IMG/VR virus record: IMGVR_UViG_3300016649_000434
Location: 1-28,447 of that record
Reading direction: 5' to 3' (one strand)
DNA from: a virus
Lineage: Duplodnaviria > Caudoviricetes
Length of the DNA: 28,447 nt
Shown here: piece after piece, positions 25,465 to 28,447 of the stretch
How positions within the stretch are numbered: position 1 is the first letter of the stretch
Layout: every line of letters begins with the position of its first letter
Notes under the pieces: generated by a model
Seen by the model: the letters and a program-made list of their open reading frames with translations, nothing else
Told to the model about the DNA's origin: nothing
Database searches by the model: none
Made by a program: the position numbers and the translations under genes

Positions 25465-26189
25465 GCGACGAACCCCCACGCATCCTTGGGCGCCTGCTGG
25501 CCGCCGTTCCAATACTCGGTCGTGTGCTGCTGCACCTTGCCGCCCTCGACGCTCCGGCTCGGCCAAGTGATCATCAGTTCGGCATGGCCGACGCTGACGT
25601 GCGTCGCGATTCCCAGCGTGTTCCCTGCCTTCTCCCAGGCCCGCCAAAAAGCGATGTCCTCGTCGACATGGCCGCCGGAGAACTCGCCGTCGTCGTTGGC
25701 TCTGGCGAGGAACCAGGGCTTCGGCACCTTCTTGAGGGCGTCGCACCGCAGGAACGTGCAGCCGAAGTGTGCCGTGGCGACTCGCTGGACGGGCTTCTTG
25801 AACCAGTCCTCATCGACGTTCGTCTGCTGCTCCGGCGTCATGCCTGGGAGCGCGAACATCACCGCGTTGGCCTCGCGCTTGGTCTGGAGCGGGGCGATGG
25901 CGTCCACGCCGGAGTGCATGAGCAACGCGAGCAGGGCTTCGATCGACTTCGAGGTGAAGATGGTGTCGTAGTCGAAGGTGAGGATCACGTCGTGCGTGTC
26001 CACGACGGTCTCCATCGACCTCTGGAGGCATTGCCCCCAGAAGGCTCCGGTGTACTTGATGGGAGAAATGCGATGCGGCGCGAGAGCCTGCGCCACGCAG
26101 AAGAAATTATCAGTGAAGCCGAGGCGAGGCGTGCTCATCAGAGCAGCGACCTTCACCTCGGCTTCCACGTTGCCGATGCGAAGTAGCAT
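25461..26189 (-). CDS. Glycosyltransferase-like protein (GT-A fold)
   Basis: 242 aa: ILTFDYD (DxD), HFGCTFL, PKPWF, DEDIAFW, VSVGH, i.e. GT2-like motif order. Confidence 0.78.
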   Translation of the reverse strand: MLLRIGNVEAEVKVAALMSTPRLGFTDNFFCVAQALAPHRISPIKYTGAFWGQCLQRSMETVVDTHDVILTFDYDTIFTSKSIEALLALLMHSGVDAIAPLQTKREANAVMFALPGMTPEQQTNVDEDWFKKPVQRVATAHFGCTFLRCDALKKVPKPWFLARANDDGEFSGGHVDEDIAFWRAWEKAGNTLGIATHVSVGHAELMITWPSRSVEGGKVQQHTTEYWNGGQQAPKDAWGFVA

Positions 26190-26197
26190 GGAGAAGT

Positions 26198-26270
26198 GCT
26201 CCTAGTAAGGAGCGGGCGCGCCTCCATGCGCCTTTGCCGGCCAGTCATTGGCCGTCCCGCTTGAACGGGA
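26198..26270 (-). promoter_or_regulatory. Four-hairpin intergenic element; last hairpin sequesters the glycosyltransferase Shine-Dalgarno
   Basis: Minus-strand stems TCCCG/CGGGA, CGGCCA/TGGCCG, GGCGC/GCGCC and GCTCCT-TACT-AGGAGC; AGGAG lies 9 nt before the ATG. Confidence 0.55.
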
Positions 26271-26708
26271 TCAGCCCTTGACCCACTTGGTGACGTTGAC
26301 GTCGGTCTGCGTCGCCGGGTACTCCTCGCCACGGGAGAGGAGGGCCACGACGCTCACGACCGCGCTGACATCCGGCGTCACCGAGAGTCGCAGGTAGCGC
26401 TTCTTGGCGAGGCAGTCGATGTCCATCTTCACGACGCTGGCGTCGGTCGTGCTGACCGCCGTCATCGTGAATCCGCCTGTGCCGTCCTTCACGAGCGCCG
26501 TGACGTTCGAGTAGGACGAGTTGTCGTCCGACTCCTCGACCTTCAGGACGCTGGCGAACGCGGTGCCGGCAGACGCCGCCTTCGAGACGAGCATCGTCAC
26601 CTGATCGTAGCCGCGACGGTCGACGACCACGGTGGAGGTCGCCGTCGAGCCGACGATGGCCGGGAGGGCCGTGGGATGAACGACGCGGAGGTTCTGCGAG
26701 TGGATCAC
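26271..26708 (-). CDS. Capsid-associated (decoration/cement-like) protein
   Basis: 145 aa directly after the capsid gene, AGGAG RBS; VDRRGYD, KVEESDD, KRYLRL motifs. Confidence 0.7.
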   Translation of the reverse strand: MIHSQNLRVVHPTALPAIVGSTATSTVVVDRRGYDQVTMLVSKAASAGTAFASVLKVEESDDNSSYSNVTALVKDGTGGFTMTAVSTTDASVVKMDIDCLAKKRYLRLSVTPDVSAVVSVVALLSRGEEYPATQTDVNVTKWVKG

Positions 26709-26735
26709 TGGGGCTATCTCCTGTTACTCGTGGGT

Positions 26736-28094
26736 TCAGGCGGTCTTGAGAGCCACCACCGGGCCGACCTCGCTGGTGTCGCCCAGCGAGTGATGGTTCA
26801 CGTCGAACCGCATCGTTCCCTGGAGGAGCAGTTGGTCCGTGGTCGCGTAGACCTGATCGTAGAGACGGACGCTGAAGTCGCGACGACGGGCGTAGATGCT
26901 CGACAGGGCCATGTTGCCGAAGAGCACCTTCACCTTGTTGCTGTCGGCGCCCAGCGTGCTGTTCATCACATGCACGAGGGTCACGCCGTAGCCGAGGAAC
27001 GTGTCGACCGTGCCGGCCGCCACGTTCTCGACGGTGTTGCCGCCGGCCGCGTACTTGAGCCGAGCGATCGACGCGGCGTAGCCGGCCGGCGAGATGTACC
27101 ACCGAGCGCCGGCACGGGCGTAGATCGGCAGTTTGCCCATCGCGCCGAGGAAGTCTTCGAGATCGAGGGTCTCGAAGGCGGTGTTGCCGGACGCGGCCGA
27201 GACCACTGAGGCAGTGTGGGTGCCGTCGTTGATCTTGCTCACGATACCGTTGATGCCACCGTAGGTGCCCTGCGTCCCATCGCCGAGCCACCCACACAAA
27301 TCGATTTTGTACGAAAGCGACTGCGCGAACTCAGTTGCCACTGCGTCCGCGAGTCCCACTACGCCCTGCGAGTCCTCGACGAGTTCCGTCGACATCCGGC
27401 AGCCGACCGCCAACTTCTTGGCGACGAGCGACACGTTGCCGTAGGTCGGCTCGCTCTCGGTCACCGAGGAGCCTTCGCCGACGAAGTACGCCGTGGTGCC
27501 GGTGAGCCGCTTGGGGATCACGAGCGTGTCACGGGTCATCGACACGTTCTCGCACGCCGGGGGCAGCGTCCCGTAGGACTCGACCAGCCGGATCACGCGA
27601 TTGGCGAACTCATCGGGGACGAGCGCTCCGCCGGAGGCGTTGGTGCTCTCGCCCATGGCGCGAGCCTCGACGCCGTGATCCTTGCACCACCGCAAGTCGT
27701 CAGCGTTCTTGAAGATGTGCGCCCGCAGCCAACGGCCGCAACGATACGCCTGCTCGACGGCATCCGGCGTGTCGCTGAAGGCGCGGAGTTGCGTGTGGTG
27801 GGGGAGAATCGCGCGAATCTCGGTCTTCGCCTTCTCCTCCTCGGCACGCTTCTCTTCGACGGGGGTCACGACCGGAGCGGGAGCGGCCTTCTCGAACGTC
27901 GCGCGGAGTTCCTTCTCCTTGGCGTTCAGGGTCTCCTCGAAGCCGATCTGTGCCGTCAGGTCATCGGCCTGAGTACCGAGGGTCAGGTACTCCTTGTTCT
28001 CCTCGGCGGAGCGGCCCTCGATGCGGCCGAGTTCGGCCATCCGCGCCGCAACGGCGGCTGCACGATCCTGAAGACGCTTGAGGTTCGACGCCAT
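26736..28094 (-). CDS. Major capsid protein, HK97 fold, with N-terminal delta/scaffold region
   Basis: ATG at 28094 with AGGAG RBS, 452 aa; coiled-coil N-terminus, GGALVPDEF, FVGEG, STELVEDS, LGDG, VLFGN. Confidence 0.95.
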   Translation of the reverse strand: MASNLKRLQDRAAAVAARMAELGRIEGRSAEENKEYLTLGTQADDLTAQIGFEETLNAKEKELRATFEKAAPAPVVTPVEEKRAEEEKAKTEIRAILPHHTQLRAFSDTPDAVEQAYRCGRWLRAHIFKNADDLRWCKDHGVEARAMGESTNASGGALVPDEFANRVIRLVESYGTLPPACENVSMTRDTLVIPKRLTGTTAYFVGEGSSVTESEPTYGNVSLVAKKLAVGCRMSTELVEDSQGVVGLADAVATEFAQSLSYKIDLCGWLGDGTQGTYGGINGIVSKINDGTHTASVVSAASGNTAFETLDLEDFLGAMGKLPIYARAGARWYISPAGYAASIARLKYAAGGNTVENVAAGTVDTFLGYGVTLVHVMNSTLGADSNKVKVLFGNMALSSIYARRRDFSVRLYDQVYATTDQLLLQGTMRFDVNHHSLGDTSEVGPVVALKTA

Positions 28095-28115
28095 GGTTGG
28101 CCTGCTCCTGTTTGA

Positions 28116-28223
28116 GCCGGCCAACGCGACGATGCGGCGGCCGGCGGGTGTTCCCGCTAGCGCGCCGCGAAAACGTGAATCCTCACGTCGCTCGCACTGT
28201 CCACCACGACGTCCGTCGTGATG
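28116..28223 (-). promoter_or_regulatory. Structured leader (four hairpins) upstream of major capsid gene
   Basis: Minus-strand stems CATCACGAC-GGAC-GTCGTGGTG, ACGTGA-GGAT-TCACGT, GCGGG-AACA-CCCGC and GCCGGCC...GGCCGGC. Confidence 0.55.
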
Positions 28224-28252
28224 CACTTGTCTCTACGTGTAACTTAGCACAC

Positions 28253-28447
28253 TCAGGTTACGTCGTGCAACTTGATGCGCAGCAGCGCCGCCTGGAGGTC
28301 GGCAAGTTTCGATGCCGCCTTCGCCATCTCGGCGTCGAACTGCGTCGTGTCGACGCTGACGGCGACGGCGGCAGGCTCAGTCGCCACTGGCGTCTCGGCC
28401 GGCTGCTCTGGCGCCGGAGACGCAACGGCCTCTTCGGCAACAGCGGC
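28253..28447 (-). CDS. C-terminus of upstream gene, probably prohead protease (partial)
   Basis: Open frame from the edge: AAVAEEAVASPAPEQPAETP...LQAALLRIKLHDVT*, stop at 28253-28255. Identity inferred from position only; no catalytic motif in the window. Confidence 0.55.
   Translation of the reverse strand, partial: AAVAEEAVASPAPEQPAETPVATEPAAVAVSVDTTQFDAEMAKAASKLADLQAALLRIKLHDVT

Larger units (their letters stand above)
1..28447 (-). mobile_element. Tailed phage/prophage (HK97-type head, siphovirus-like tail) late gene region spanning the whole window
   Basis: Co-oriented, tightly coupled genes in canonical order: capsid, head-tail connector, head closure, gp10-like, terminator, tube, chaperone with frameshift, tape measure, tail tip, fibres. 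No integrase, att site or host boundary is visible, so free phage versus prophage cannot be decided. Confidence 0.95.

Noticed and set aside
19-28115. Numerous plus-strand ORFs in the track (e.g. 2140..3000, 8193..9143, 21421..22398, 27216..28115)
   Set aside because: Antisense shadows of well-supported minus-strand genes in GC-rich DNA; no recognisable motifs.
28258-28440. ORF-track 60-aa ORF MPKRPL...
   Set aside because: Wrong frame; the alternative frame open from the window edge to the stop at 28253 has normal codon usage and composition.

Overview
The whole window reads as the late (virion morphogenesis) region of a GC-rich, HK97-type, long non-contractile-tailed phage or prophage. All credible genes lie on the minus strand and many are coupled by ATGA/GTGA overlaps. 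In transcription order (right to left) it holds: the end of a probable prohead protease, major capsid protein, a capsid-associated protein, a GT-A-like glycosyltransferase, head-tail genes, three tandem short tail-tube-like paralogs, a tail chaperone with a GGGAAAC -1 frameshift, a 1474-aa tape measure, tail-tip proteins and a repeat-rich fibre. Directly behind the fibre is an accessory cassette: a second glycosyltransferase, SAM methyltransferase, HEXXH protein, NeuD/PglD-type acyltransferase, acyl carrier protein, KAS III, SDR reductase and Rieske oxygenase. A metallophosphoesterase, dNMP kinase, holin-like gene and a second, paralogous fibre module follow, the last running off the left edge. 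The most striking feature is that the cassette has the gene content of bacterial flagellin-glycosylation islands but sits between two fibre modules in a phage structural operon. This suggests (inference) a phage-encoded pathway that decorates the virion with acylated/methylated glycans. Product calls rest on motifs and synteny read by eye; no database search was run, and several starts were moved from the ORF track.
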